Source of the DNA: an uncultured delta proteobacterium
GTDB taxonomy: Bacteria > Myxococcota_A > Polyangia > Polyangiales > Polyangiaceae
Direction: 5' to 3'
Assembly: GCA_963782055.1 (NCBI GenBank)
Contig: CAWAIF010000003.1
Span: 1,408,001-1,472,000, forward strand
Length of the DNA stretch: 64,000 nt
Below, piece after piece: positions 34,952 to 45,787 of this stretch; positions within the stretch are counted from its first letter, which is position 1, and every line of letters starts with the position of its first letter. Under the pieces are notes generated by a model that was not told the DNA's origin, did no database searches, and saw only the letters and a program-made list of their open reading frames with translations. Made by a program: the position numbers and the translations under genes.

Positions 34952-34973
34952 ACCTGACAGGGGCATGTCAGGT
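34952..34973. promoter_or_regulatory. Perfect inverted repeat, candidate transcription-factor operator
   Basis: ACCTGACA-N6-TGTCAGGT, about 50 nt upstream of the VOC start. Confidence 0.65.
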
Positions 34974-35320
34974 TTGTCGCGCGACGCGATGCACGATCTG
35001 AAGTTGCGACGCCCCACCTCTCTCTCCCCCCTTCATCTCGGCGTGCCCCACGAGCGTCCCCGCCGGGTCGAGCACCCAGCTCTCCCTGGCGCCGTAGGAC
35101 GTCTCCCGCTCCGCGATGAGCACGCGCGCGCCGGCCGTCCTCGCCGCCTCGCGCGCCTCGGCGAGGCTCGCGACGTCGCAGTAGAGCGCGCACGGCGGTC
35201 GAGGTCCGGGACGCCGAGGTCCGCCCGCACGCGCGCGCGCGTTTGGAGCATGACCTCGCGGCCGTCGTTCTCGAGGAGCACGAAGCCGGCGGCGCCCTCG
35301 TGCGGGACCCGCAGCAACGC
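34968..35320 (-). pseudogene. Second VOC-family gene, frameshifted and apparently 5'-truncated
   Basis: VPHEGAAGFVLLENDGREVMLQTR, then after a 1-nt shift near 35197 ALYCDVASL...ERETSYGARESWVLDPAGTLVGHAE. Confidence 0.65.
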
Positions 35321-35441
35321 ATCCGCCGGCGGACCGTACCTGTGGATCCTCGTCGTGGACGACTCGCCGACGACCGCCGCGAGCGCGCTCCGCATCCAGG
35401 CGGAGGGCTCGCTCACCGGTGACCTCGCGGCGCTTCGGCAG

Positions 35442-35813
35442 CTACTGCCTCAGCGCCTCCCTCACCATCCCCACCGCCCGCTTCACGTCCCCCTCCACCA
35501 CCTCCGCCTCAATCCTCAGCACCCGAAACCCCATCGCCTCGATCGTCCGCTGCCGCCGTGCATCCGCCTCCCGATGCCCCGCCGCCCGGTGGATCCCCCC
35601 GTCCACCTCCACCACCAGCCGCTCGCTCAGCGCCACGAAGTCCACGATGTAGCAACCCGCCAGCACGTGCTGCCGCCTGAACTTGACGCCCCCGCACCGC
35701 CGCGCCTGAAGCTCTCGCCACAGCATCGCCTCCGATCGCGTCGCCTCCTCCCGCCGCATCCGCCGCGCATGATGGAGGAGGAAGAAGAGAGAGGGAGCTT
35801 CGTGCGGTGCCAT
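35442..35813 (-). CDS. DUF559 (Vsr-like) endonuclease-domain protein
   Basis: ARRMRR..TRSEAMLW, KFRRQH, YIVDF, LVVEVDGGIH, DARRQ..IEAMGFRVLRI. Confidence 0.92.
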   Translation of the reverse strand: MAPHEAPSLFFLLHHARRMRREEATRSEAMLWRELQARRCGGVKFRRQHVLAGCYIVDFVALSERLVVEVDGGIHRAAGHREADARRQRTIEAMGFRVLRIEAEVVEGDVKRAVGMVREALRQ

Positions 35814-36069
35814 GCCCCCTCGAGGCGGAAGAAGCATGACAGCCGCAGTGTCGCCGTTCCCCGCGCCCCCGGAAGGCTGGCGGGCTTCTTCCGCCCGCCC
35901 GGCGTGGCACCGCACGAAGCTCCCTCGCTCGTCCGCTCCCAGCCTGGGCGGAGGGCCCTCGCGGGGGAGGGCCCGTCACTCCCGTCCTCCGTCCCCCGCC
36001 CGCGCACCCGCGCACAGAAACCCTCCCCGCCCACGAGCGAGCGAAGCGAGCGAGGGGGCCGGGGGAGGG
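35791..36069. repeat. Cluster of nested and consecutive inverted repeats upstream of and overlapping the DUF559 gene
   Basis: 22-bp perfect IR 35791-35812/35905-35926; inner 12-bp IR 35824-35835/35884-35895; 8-bp stems 35953-35960/35967-35974 and 36021-36028/36062-36069. Confidence 0.85.
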
Positions 36070-36198
36070 CGCTCACGCGCAGGGCTCGCGCGCAAGCGCG
36101 CGTGCGTGCCGTCGCCCGTGCACCGCGCGCCCCCCGCCGGCACGCGCGCGCGCGAGCACGAGCCCGAGCATGAGCGGGGCGGGGCCCCCCCTTCCTCC

Positions 36199-38880
36199 CT
36201 ACCCCCCCACCTGAGCCTCCAGAAACTCGTCAATCCGCCCCCCCAGCACCCGCCGCACATCCCCATCCACCACCCCCGTCCGCCGGTCCCGCACCCCGCG
36301 CGAGTGCCACTGATCGTAAGTCCGGATCGGAGGCTCATCATCACGCGCGGAAGGCTTCTCTCCCGTCCCCCCGACCGTCCGCACCTCGACCCGGGCCAGA
36401 TACGTCTCCCCCCGCTTGTGATCCTTCACCTTCGGCGCCGCGATCAGCCGGTGCCCGCCCCGCTCCCCCTTCAGGTACCCGAGCGCATACGGCCCGCGCA
36501 CCACCACGTCCACCTGGTGCGCCTGCTCGGTCAGCTCCACGTCGTACTTCCGCTCCTTCGCCCACGCCGCGTACATCGCGGCGAGCTCCTTCGCCCACGC
36601 GCTCGCGCCCTCCTTGCCGCCGACCGCGCGCACCGTCAGGTGCGCGTCCCCCTGGTCGGCGTCGTCCATCAGCACGATCTCCCGCTCCGCCCGGCGGAGC
36701 TGCCGCTCCAGGCGCGCGTACTTCTGCACCAGCGCCTCCTTCGCCGAGTCCTTCGCCTCCGCGAAGGACGCCTCCACCTGCGTCTGCAGCATCGCGAGGC
36801 GATCACGCAGGTCCTCCAGCCGGCGCAGCTCGACGGTCAGCCGGTGGCGCCGGTAGACCTCCCCGCCCTTGCCGAAGGCCTGGTCCCAGAAGGCGGGGCT
36901 CTTGGCGCTCTCCTCCATCGCCTCCAGCTCCGCCTTCAGCTTCCCGACGTCCGCCTTCTCCTCCAGCGTCGCCAGCCGCTCGTAGAGGGAGCCGAGCGCC
37001 TTCTTCACCTCCGCGACCGACAGCCGCACCACGCCGCCCTCGCCGTCGTCGACGCGCGTGCGCCGCTCAAGGTTCTGCAGCTTGCGCGACGACTCGGTGT
37101 CCTCGAAGGAGAGGGAGACGCCGTCGCCCCTGCGCGCCACGCGAAGGAGCTGGAAGCGGGAGAAGGGGGCGCCGAGCACCGCGCGGGCGAGCGGCAGCAC
37201 CAGCAGCTCCTCGATCGCGCGCTTGAGCGGCCGCGCGCCGTACTTGGGATCGAAGCCGCGGTCGAGGAGCAGGTCGATGACGCCGTCGTCCACCTCCAGG
37301 AGCAGATCGCGCTCCAGCAGGCCCTCGCGCCGGTACACCTTGCCGAGCTCGCGCTGCGCGATGCGCCGCATGTCCGCCTTCTGCAGGGCGTGGAAGACCA
37401 GGATGCGGTCGATGCGGTTGAGGAACTCCGGTCGGTAGGTCTGCTCCAGCGCGCGCCGCACGCCGCGCGCCATCTCCTCCGGCACGTCCCCCGCGCGCTT
37501 CTCCCCGAAGCCGATGGAGCTGGTGACGTCGCGCAGGTTGGAGCCCACGTTGGAGGTCAGGATCAGGATGGCGTGGCGGAAGTCCACCGTGTCGCCGAAG
37601 GCGTCGCTGAGGCGGCCGTCGTCGAAGACCTGCAGGAAGAGGTCGGCGAGGTTCGGGTGGCCCTTCTCGAACTCGTCGAGCAAGACGACGCTGAAGGGGT
37701 TCTTGCGGACGTGGTCGGTGAGCAGCCCCGTCTTGTTCTGCTTCGGGTCCCCGATGAGCTTCTCGAAGGAGTGGAAGTCCTTGTACTCGCTCAGGTCGAC
37801 GCGGAGCATCTTGTCGCGCGAGCCAAAGAGGAACTCGGCGGTGGCCTTGGCGAGCTCGGTCTTGCCGACGCCCGTCGGCCCGACGAAGAGCAGCACGCCC
37901 GCGGGGCGCTCCGGATCGTTGAGGCCGGTCTTGTAGAGCGCGAGCAGGTCGGCCACCGCGGAGACGGCCTCCGTCTGGCCGAGCACGCGCTCGGCGAGGA
38001 AGGCGTGCATCTCCTCGTACGTCATGCGCACGACCGGCGAGATCATGTGCATGGGCAGCCCGCTCTGCCGCGCGAACACCTCCTCCACGAACGCCGCGTC
38101 GATGGGCGCGGTCCGGGGTGCCGCCGTCGTCGCGCCCGGCTCCACGGGGACGGTCGGACGCGCCTCCTGCGCCACGCGGCGCAGCAGGTCCACGCCCTTG
38201 CCCGGGAAGCTCTGCGTGGGCAGGAACTTCTTGGCCAGCGAGTAGACGCGGTCGATCGCCTGCTTCTCGAAGGCGGGCGACAGCTCCGCGGCCACGCGCA
38301 GCAGCAGCTCGCGCGTCTGCTCCTCCGGCATCTCCTTGACCGGCACCGTGGCGAAGTCGCGCGCGAGCACCGGGTGCTCGCGGCAGAGCTTGTCCCAGCG
38401 GCCGGGGGTCATCTCCCCGAAGAGAATGAGCTTGCCGCTCTCGATCCCCGGGCGCATCAGGTCGTAGATGCCGCGCGGGTTGGTACTGTAGGAGCCGGCG
38501 TAGGGCAGGTTCCAGAGATCGCTGATGTAGTGCAGGCGCCTGGGCCCGGCGTGCTGCAGCACGCTGCGGATGCGGGTCTCCTGCTGGCCGGTGAAGCGGG
38601 TGTCGGAGCACAGGCCGACGGTGGAGATCTCGAAGATGCGGGTGCCCGCGAGCTCGGGGAGGCGGCCGTCGCGCAGGTAGGAGAGGAGCTTCTGCACGAC
38701 GGCGGTCTTGCCGACGCCGGAGGGACCCACCAGGACGGCCGACCGGCCGCTCGCCAGGGTCCGCGCGAGGGCGTGGATCTCGTCCTGACGCCCGAAGGTC
38801 TTGTTCCCCGTCGCCGTGACCTCGGCCGTGAGCTCGCGCCCGTCGGTCGCGACGACATCGAACGAGGTGCTGTCTGCCAC
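36199..38880 (-). CDS. ClpA/C-like double AAA+ ATPase fused to a GGQ-less peptide release factor (RF2-like) module
   Basis: GPSGVGKT, FPGKGVDLL, VLGQTEAV, GPTGVGKTELAK, LLDEFEK, LTSNVG, SIGFG, RPEFLNRID, YGARPLKR; then SPAFWD, WAKELAAMY, GPYALGYLKGERGGHRL, IRTY...VRDRRTG...VLGGRIDEFLEA. Confidence 0.9.
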   Translation of the reverse strand: MADSTSFDVVATDGRELTAEVTATGNKTFGRQDEIHALARTLASGRSAVLVGPSGVGKTAVVQKLLSYLRDGRLPELAGTRIFEISTVGLCSDTRFTGQQETRIRSVLQHAGPRRLHYISDLWNLPYAGSYSTNPRGIYDLMRPGIESGKLILFGEMTPGRWDKLCREHPVLARDFATVPVKEMPEEQTRELLLRVAAELSPAFEKQAIDRVYSLAKKFLPTQSFPGKGVDLLRRVAQEARPTVPVEPGATTAAPRTAPIDAAFVEEVFARQSGLPMHMISPVVRMTYEEMHAFLAERVLGQTEAVSAVADLLALYKTGLNDPERPAGVLLFVGPTGVGKTELAKATAEFLFGSRDKMLRVDLSEYKDFHSFEKLIGDPKQNKTGLLTDHVRKNPFSVVLLDEFEKGHPNLADLFLQVFDDGRLSDAFGDTVDFRHAILILTSNVGSNLRDVTSSIGFGEKRAGDVPEEMARGVRRALEQTYRPEFLNRIDRILVFHALQKADMRRIAQRELGKVYRREGLLERDLLLEVDDGVIDLLLDRGFDPKYGARPLKRAIEELLVLPLARAVLGAPFSRFQLLRVARRGDGVSLSFEDTESSRKLQNLERRTRVDDGEGGVVRLSVAEVKKALGSLYERLATLEEKADVGKLKAELEAMEESAKSPAFWDQAFGKGGEVYRRHRLTVELRRLEDLRDRLAMLQTQVEASFAEAKDSAKEALVQKYARLERQLRRAEREIVLMDDADQGDAHLTVRAVGGKEGASAWAKELAAMYAAWAKERKYDVELTEQAHQVDVVVRGPYALGYLKGERGGHRLIAAPKVKDHKRGETYLARVEVRTVGGTGEKPSARDDEPPIRTYDQWHSRGVRDRRTGVVDGDVRRVLGGRIDEFLEAQVGG

Positions 38881-39025
38881 GGCTCTACTGTACTTGAGAG
38901 CGTGGACGCCCCGGCACGTCTTCTGCTTCCCGGGCGGAGCGGGTGCCGGGAGGACCACACGCCGGCATGGTCTTTCGGCCTGGTCGGGAGCGCGCAAAGT
39001 GCCTACGCTTCCAGTCCTACAGAGC

Positions 39026-40984
<1,959 letters not shown>

Positions 40985-40995
40985 GGCGGGACGCG

Positions 40996-41808
40996 CTACT
41001 TCCCCTGGAAGCGCGGCTTGCGCTTCTCCCCGAAGGCGACGAGCGCCTCGCCCAGGTCCTCCGAGGGCAAGAACGCCGAGTTCCACACCGCGACGTAGCG
41101 GAGGCCGGCGTCGTCGGCGCGGGCGACCCGCTCGTTCATCACCTGCTTGACGCCCTGGACCACGCGCGGCGGGTTCTCGGCGATGGCCCGCGCCGTCTGG
41201 CGCGCGGCGTCCCACGCCAGCTCGCGGGTCTCGCAGACATCGTTGACCAGGCCGATGCGCAGCGCGCGCTCGGCGTCGATGTCCTTGCCGGTGAGCGCCA
41301 GCTCGCGCGCGTGCCCCTCCCCGACGATGCGCGGGAGGCGCTGCAGCGTCCCCAGGTCCGCCACCATCGCCACGCGCACCTCGCGCACGCTGAAGCGCGC
41401 GTCGCGGCTCGCCACGCGCACGTCGCACGCGGTGATGACGTCCACGCCGCCGCCGATGCACGCCCCGTGAATCGCCGCGATGACCGGCTTGCGGCACCGG
41501 GTGATGGACGTCACCGCGGCCTGCAGGCCGAGGATGGTGTCGTGCATGCGGGTGCGCGCGGCGGCGAGACCGCCCGACATGAAGGAGCCGAGGTCGCCCA
41601 TCATGGAGACGAGATCCAGCCCGTAGGTGAAGTGGTCGCCGTCGGCACGCAGGACGACCGCGCGCACCGCGTCGTCCTCGTCGAGGGCGAGGAAGGTCTG
41701 GGGCAGCTCGCGCCAGAAATCGGGACCGAGCGCGTTGCCCTTGCCGGGCGTGCGCAGCACGACCTCCGCCACGTGATCGGAGGTCTGCACGAAGAGAGAG
41801 CTTGGCAT
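40996..41808 (-). CDS. Crotonase/enoyl-CoA hydratase-isomerase family (dienoyl-CoA isomerase-like)
   Basis: FTYGLDL, KPVIAAIHGACIGGG, ADLGTLQRLP, EKRKPRF. Confidence 0.93.
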   Translation of the reverse strand: MPSSLFVQTSDHVAEVVLRTPGKGNALGPDFWRELPQTFLALDEDDAVRAVVLRADGDHFTYGLDLVSMMGDLGSFMSGGLAAARTRMHDTILGLQAAVTSITRCRKPVIAAIHGACIGGGVDVITACDVRVASRDARFSVREVRVAMVADLGTLQRLPRIVGEGHARELALTGKDIDAERALRIGLVNDVCETRELAWDAARQTARAIAENPPRVVQGVKQVMNERVARADDAGLRYVAVWNSAFLPSEDLGEALVAFGEKRKPRFQGK

Positions 41809-41817
41809 GCGGGGGTT

Positions 41818-42432
41818 CTACCCCGGAAGGCCGCCGGCGTCAGGGGGGCGCTCCGACGCAAGGGCGCGGTCGAGTTCGCGCTGGTGGCGCTCCCGGTCGG
41901 CCCGCGCGCGACGTGCCTGCTCCTCCGCGGGGAGGACCCAGAACCCGCCGAGCGTGAGCCGGTCGAGCGTCGCCTCGTCGCCGAACCCGAGCCGGATGCG
42001 CATGCAGAGCGCCTCCAGGTGCCTGCGGGCACGAGCGCAGGCGCGGGCGGCGGGCCAGCGTCGCTCGCCGGGCGCGAGCGCGCCGTCGAGCGCCAGCTCC
42101 ACGTGCCCGACCAGCACCAGCCCGTAGAACGCGCGGCGCACGCGGCGCCGCCCCTCCGGCGTGAGCTCGACGACCATGTCCCGCCCGTCCCGCCGCCGCG
42201 TGACGAGCCCCAGCTGCTCGAGCGACCGCATCATCCGGCTGATCGTCGACCGCGCGACGCCGAGCCCGCGCCGCAGGTGACTCTGAAGATGAACCGTACG
42301 CGTCCCCAGCCGATACAGCGCATCGAGCAGGTCGTACCGCGCCGCCGTGAGCCCCATCGCCGCCAGCGCGCGCCGCGTGAGCCGCAGCGTCGCGTGATAG
42401 GCCCGCTTGATCGTGAAGAACACAGGATCCAT
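41818..42432 (-). CDS. MarR-family winged-helix protein
   Basis: GLTAARYDLL, LGVARSTISRMMRSLEQLGLVTR, VELTPEGR. Confidence 0.85.
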   Translation of the reverse strand: MDPVFFTIKRAYHATLRLTRRALAAMGLTAARYDLLDALYRLGTRTVHLQSHLRRGLGVARSTISRMMRSLEQLGLVTRRRDGRDMVVELTPEGRRRVRRAFYGLVLVGHVELALDGALAPGERRWPAARACARARRHLEALCMRIRLGFGDEATLDRLTLGGFWVLPAEEQARRARADRERHQRELDRALASERPPDAGGLPG

Positions 42433-42620
42433 CCCAGGCCACCAGAGCACACCCCATGCCACCCCCCCTCCCCACAGATTCCGCGGAAACGTCGAAGTGC
42501 GAGCGTGCTAGCAGTCCGACGTTTGGTGTCCGGGACAGGGAGAAGGGACAGGGGGGACAGGTCTCGTTCGCGACGGGCGCGGACGCTGGAGAGCGCCCGC
42601 GAAGGGTCGAGGGGCGGCGC

Positions 42621-43193
42621 TCAGAGGCCGGTCCACGTGAGCGTCAGGCCGAGCGGCGCGCCGGACACCCCAGGGGCGAGGCGCCAGGCCGAGTCGGGGA
42701 AGACATTCACCACGACCACCCGCGTGCGCCAGAAGTGCCCGACGAGCGCGGTGAGGAGGCCGCCGAACTGGAGGGCGGCGTCGGCGATCAGCAGGCCGGT
42801 GAAGAGCCCCGCGTCCTCCTTGTCCTGCACGCCGGGGAGGGCGGCGGCGATGATCGGCCCCGCGACGGGCAGGTAGAGGAGGTCGTAGGTTTGGTCGGTG
42901 CACTGCCCGTTGCATGCGAGGTCGCCGATCTCGGCGACGAAGGTGCTGGCCATGTACGCCCCGAGCGCAGTGAACGCGCCCGCCTGAAAGAGCGCCTCGT
43001 GGCGGCGGAGCTCCAGCCGCCCGTGGGGTGGGAGCGGGCCGCCGTCGTAGTCGTACTCGAAGGCTGGGCCGTAGGACTCCGTGGAGGGGCGCCAGGCGTG
43101 GCGCGCGTCGGGCGGGGCGATCTGCGCGGCGGCGACGCGGGAGATCGAGCACGCCGCCAGCACCGAGGCGGCGACCATGCAGCGCGCGCGCAT
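42621..43193 (-). CDS. Hypothetical membrane/exported protein
   Basis: Signal-like N-terminus, hydrophobic segments (LYLPVAGP, ADAALQFGGL), C-terminal beta strand. Confidence 0.7.
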   Translation of the reverse strand: MRARCMVAASVLAACSISRVAAAQIAPPDARHAWRPSTESYGPAFEYDYDGGPLPPHGRLELRRHEALFQAGAFTALGAYMASTFVAEIGDLACNGQCTDQTYDLLYLPVAGPIIAAALPGVQDKEDAGLFTGLLIADAALQFGGLLTALVGHFWRTRVVVVNVFPDSAWRLAPGVSGAPLGLTLTWTGL

Positions 43194-43227
43194 GCGCAGA
43201 CGATAGCAGCTCGGCGGGTGCGCGGCG

Positions 43228-44250
43228 TCAGGCGCCGCGGGGCTCCTTCGCCGCCTTGCGCTCCATCGTGCTCAGGCGGTAGGCGTGGTTGCGCGCTCGC
43301 ATCACCGCGCCGAGGGGGCGGTGCTCCACCAGCGCGTGCCACGGGTCGAAGGACATGACCTCGATCGCCTCCGCGGTCTGCTGGCCCTCGCCGGAGGTCA
43401 CGTCCTGGCTCGGCAGCGTCAGCGTACCCACCACCACGCGGGGCGCGTCCTCCTCCCGCCAGACCACCGACGCGTCCTCGACCGGTGTCCGCTTCTCGTC
43501 GACGAAGAACTGCGCGGCGAGGTCGAACGACACCGGACCCTCCGCCAGGCGCGCGCCGAGCTCCTCGCCCAGGTAGTCGCGCGAGGCGCCGCGCGTCGCG
43601 CCCGCCTCCGGCTGCGCGTGGGGCATCAGGGAGAGCTGCGCGCAGTGGTCCCCGAAGCGGATGGGCGTGGCGGTGTAGTACGGCATCGTCGCCAGGGAGG
43701 TGATGGGCGGGGCCAGCAGCTTCTGCAGCGCGCCGAGCAGCCCGAAGGTGCGCCCGATGCCCAGGCGTCCGAGGAGGCGCGGCAAGAGCAGGAGCGGATT
43801 GCCGCCGACCGCGGTCACCAGCGCGATGAACTCGTCGGGGTTGCGGAAGGGGGTGGCCGGGACGTGCAGGAAGAGGAAATCCTGCGTCGTCTCGTCCTCC
43901 ATGCCGGGGATGATCTTCTTGCCGGGCACGCCCACGAGCTTGATCGCCAGGCCGCGGAGGTCGCCCTTGCGGTCGTGCAGCACGTCGCCGCCGCCGTTGG
44001 AGAAGCGCGCGTAGCCCTCGTAGCGCGCCGGCTTCGCGAAGAGCCCGGCGCGCGCGTGCGCGGGGAGATCGTCGTGCACCCTGAGCTCGGCGCGGACGCC
44101 GGCGGTGCCCTTGGCGTGAAGCGCCCGCCGCGGGGAGGCGCCGCGCACGCGGCCTCGCTGCATCTCGCGCAGACGCTCGGCGTAGCGGGTGAAGCGCTCC
44201 TCCTCGTCCGGGAGCACGACCTCTTTCCAGTCGGTGGACGGCGTCGTCAT
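43228..44250 (-). CDS. Small catalase-related heme protein
   Basis: RALHAKG (distal His), ARFSNG, DLRGLAIK, QDFL, FDPWH..HRPLG..RARNHAY (proximal Tyr). Confidence 0.88.
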   Translation of the reverse strand: MTTPSTDWKEVVLPDEEERFTRYAERLREMQRGRVRGASPRRALHAKGTAGVRAELRVHDDLPAHARAGLFAKPARYEGYARFSNGGGDVLHDRKGDLRGLAIKLVGVPGKKIIPGMEDETTQDFLFLHVPATPFRNPDEFIALVTAVGGNPLLLLPRLLGRLGIGRTFGLLGALQKLLAPPITSLATMPYYTATPIRFGDHCAQLSLMPHAQPEAGATRGASRDYLGEELGARLAEGPVSFDLAAQFFVDEKRTPVEDASVVWREEDAPRVVVGTLTLPSQDVTSGEGQQTAEAIEVMSFDPWHALVEHRPLGAVMRARNHAYRLSTMERKAAKEPRGA

Positions 44251-44326
44251 GGCGCGCATGGTGCCACAACGCGCGCGCGTCGCCGCCCGCTTCGCGCGCG
44301 TGGGCGCGGCGGGCTATGATCGAGGG

Positions 44327-44983
44327 GTGAGCGTCTCGACCGTCGCACCCCAGCAGTCCCAGGAGTCGCCGCGGCCTTCGCGCGGCCGGGCAGCCCTCGC
44401 CCTCGTCGCGGTGCTGCTCGCCGTCGCGCTCGCCGGTGTGGGCGGGTACTTCCTCGGCCAGCCGAAGGACGACACCGACCCGAACCTGCACCAGCGCGCG
44501 ACGCCGTCGCTGCTCCTGGCAACCCGGGACCTCTCACGCCTGCAGACGAGCGAGATGCACGTGGAGAAGGTGATCGACCTCACCGATCAGCAGAGCACCT
44601 TCTTCGGCCTGCTGGACGGCACCGACAACGTGCTGCTCGTGGCGGTGGGCGACGTGACGATGGGCGTGGACCTGGGCAAGCTGGCCGAGGGCGACGTCAC
44701 GCTGGACGAGGCGCACGCCGCGCACTTCCGGCTGCCCGCGCCGGAGGTGTTCTCCTCCCGCCTGGACGCCCACGGGACCTACGTCTACTCGCGGACGACC
44801 AGCGTGTTCGCCCGGCGCAACGAGCAGCTCGAGTCGAAGGCCCGGCAGAAGGCGGAGGACGCCATCCAGAAGGCGGCGGACACGCCGGAGGCGCGCGACC
44901 GGGCGAAGCGGCAGGCGGAGAAGGTGCTGCGCGAGCTGGCGACGAGCCTCGGCGCGACGAGCGTCACCTTCGAGTGGCACTGA
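44327..44983 (+). CDS. DUF4230-family membrane-anchored protein
   Basis: N-terminal TM; LSRLQT, GDVTMGVDL, LPAPEV, AKRQAEKVLREL. Confidence 0.85.
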   Translation: MSVSTVAPQQSQESPRPSRGRAALALVAVLLAVALAGVGGYFLGQPKDDTDPNLHQRATPSLLLATRDLSRLQTSEMHVEKVIDLTDQQSTFFGLLDGTDNVLLVAVGDVTMGVDLGKLAEGDVTLDEAHAAHFRLPAPEVFSSRLDAHGTYVYSRTTSVFARRNEQLESKARQKAEDAIQKAADTPEARDRAKRQAEKVLRELATSLGATSVTFEWH

Positions 44984-44990
44984 GGCCGCG

Positions 44991-45400
44991 TCACTCGCAG
45001 GCGACGTAGTAGGTGCCGCAGCCGCCGCGCGCCGGGGGCGCGGTGGTGATGCCCTGGCAGCCCCACGTCGTGCCGGTGACGTTGGAGAGGTTGCCGTCGT
45101 AGCCGCTGTCGGTCGAGTAGTCGTAGCCAAACTGCTGGCCGACGGTGCTGGGGATGGTGACGACGTTGCCGTGCCACAATCCCACGCCGCAGCACTGGCT
45201 CCAGTACGCGTTGGACACGCCGATGAGGCACTGCCCCGCGACGTTGGCGTCGTTGTTCACGTAGTAGGAGATGGACCAGTGGCACGACACCGTCGCGCCG
45301 AGCGAGACGACGGCGTTGGTACCGTCGCTGGCGTGGCTCACCAGCTTGCGGCCGATGCCCGTGCAGGACGTCTCGGCCACCGACTCGGCTTCGACCGCAT
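44991..45400 (-). pseudogene. C-terminal part of a Cys/Gly/Tyr-rich secreted protein; no convincing start
   Basis: SCTGIGRKLV...QCLIGV...SQCCG...WGCQG...GCGTYYVACE stop; GC3-biased. Confidence 0.5.
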
Positions 45401-45641
45401 CGTCGGCAAGGCACCGGCCGCGCCCGCGAAGGGCGGCGGCGGGAGGACCACCGGTCACCACCACGGGAGCGGCGCCAGCAACGCGCCTTGCCCAGGCCCT
45501 GGCCTCACGCGCCGTTGCAACGGGGTGTGCGTCAACATCCAGACCGACGACCACAACTGCGGCGCCTGCGGCAGCGTGTGCGCGTCCGGCATGCACTGCG
45601 ATGGGCACATGTTCTGCCGGGATGCCCAGGGGAATCTCTGA
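45400..45641 (+). pseudogene. Fragment with a myxobacterial Cys-rich (Stigma1-like) repeat
   Basis: CNGVCVNIQTDDHNCGACGSVCASGMHC; no clear start or RBS. Confidence 0.5.
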
Positions 45642-45787
45642 CCGAACACGCGGTCGGGTGATCGTGTCCCGGTCGCCATTGACGGGCCTCTCTCCCGCTA
45701 CGTAGGCTGGCCGTCCTATCCGGGGCGGAGACCTTTGCGCGCATGATGCGCGCGGACGGCGCTTGCCCTTCGTGCGGAGGTTGGACG

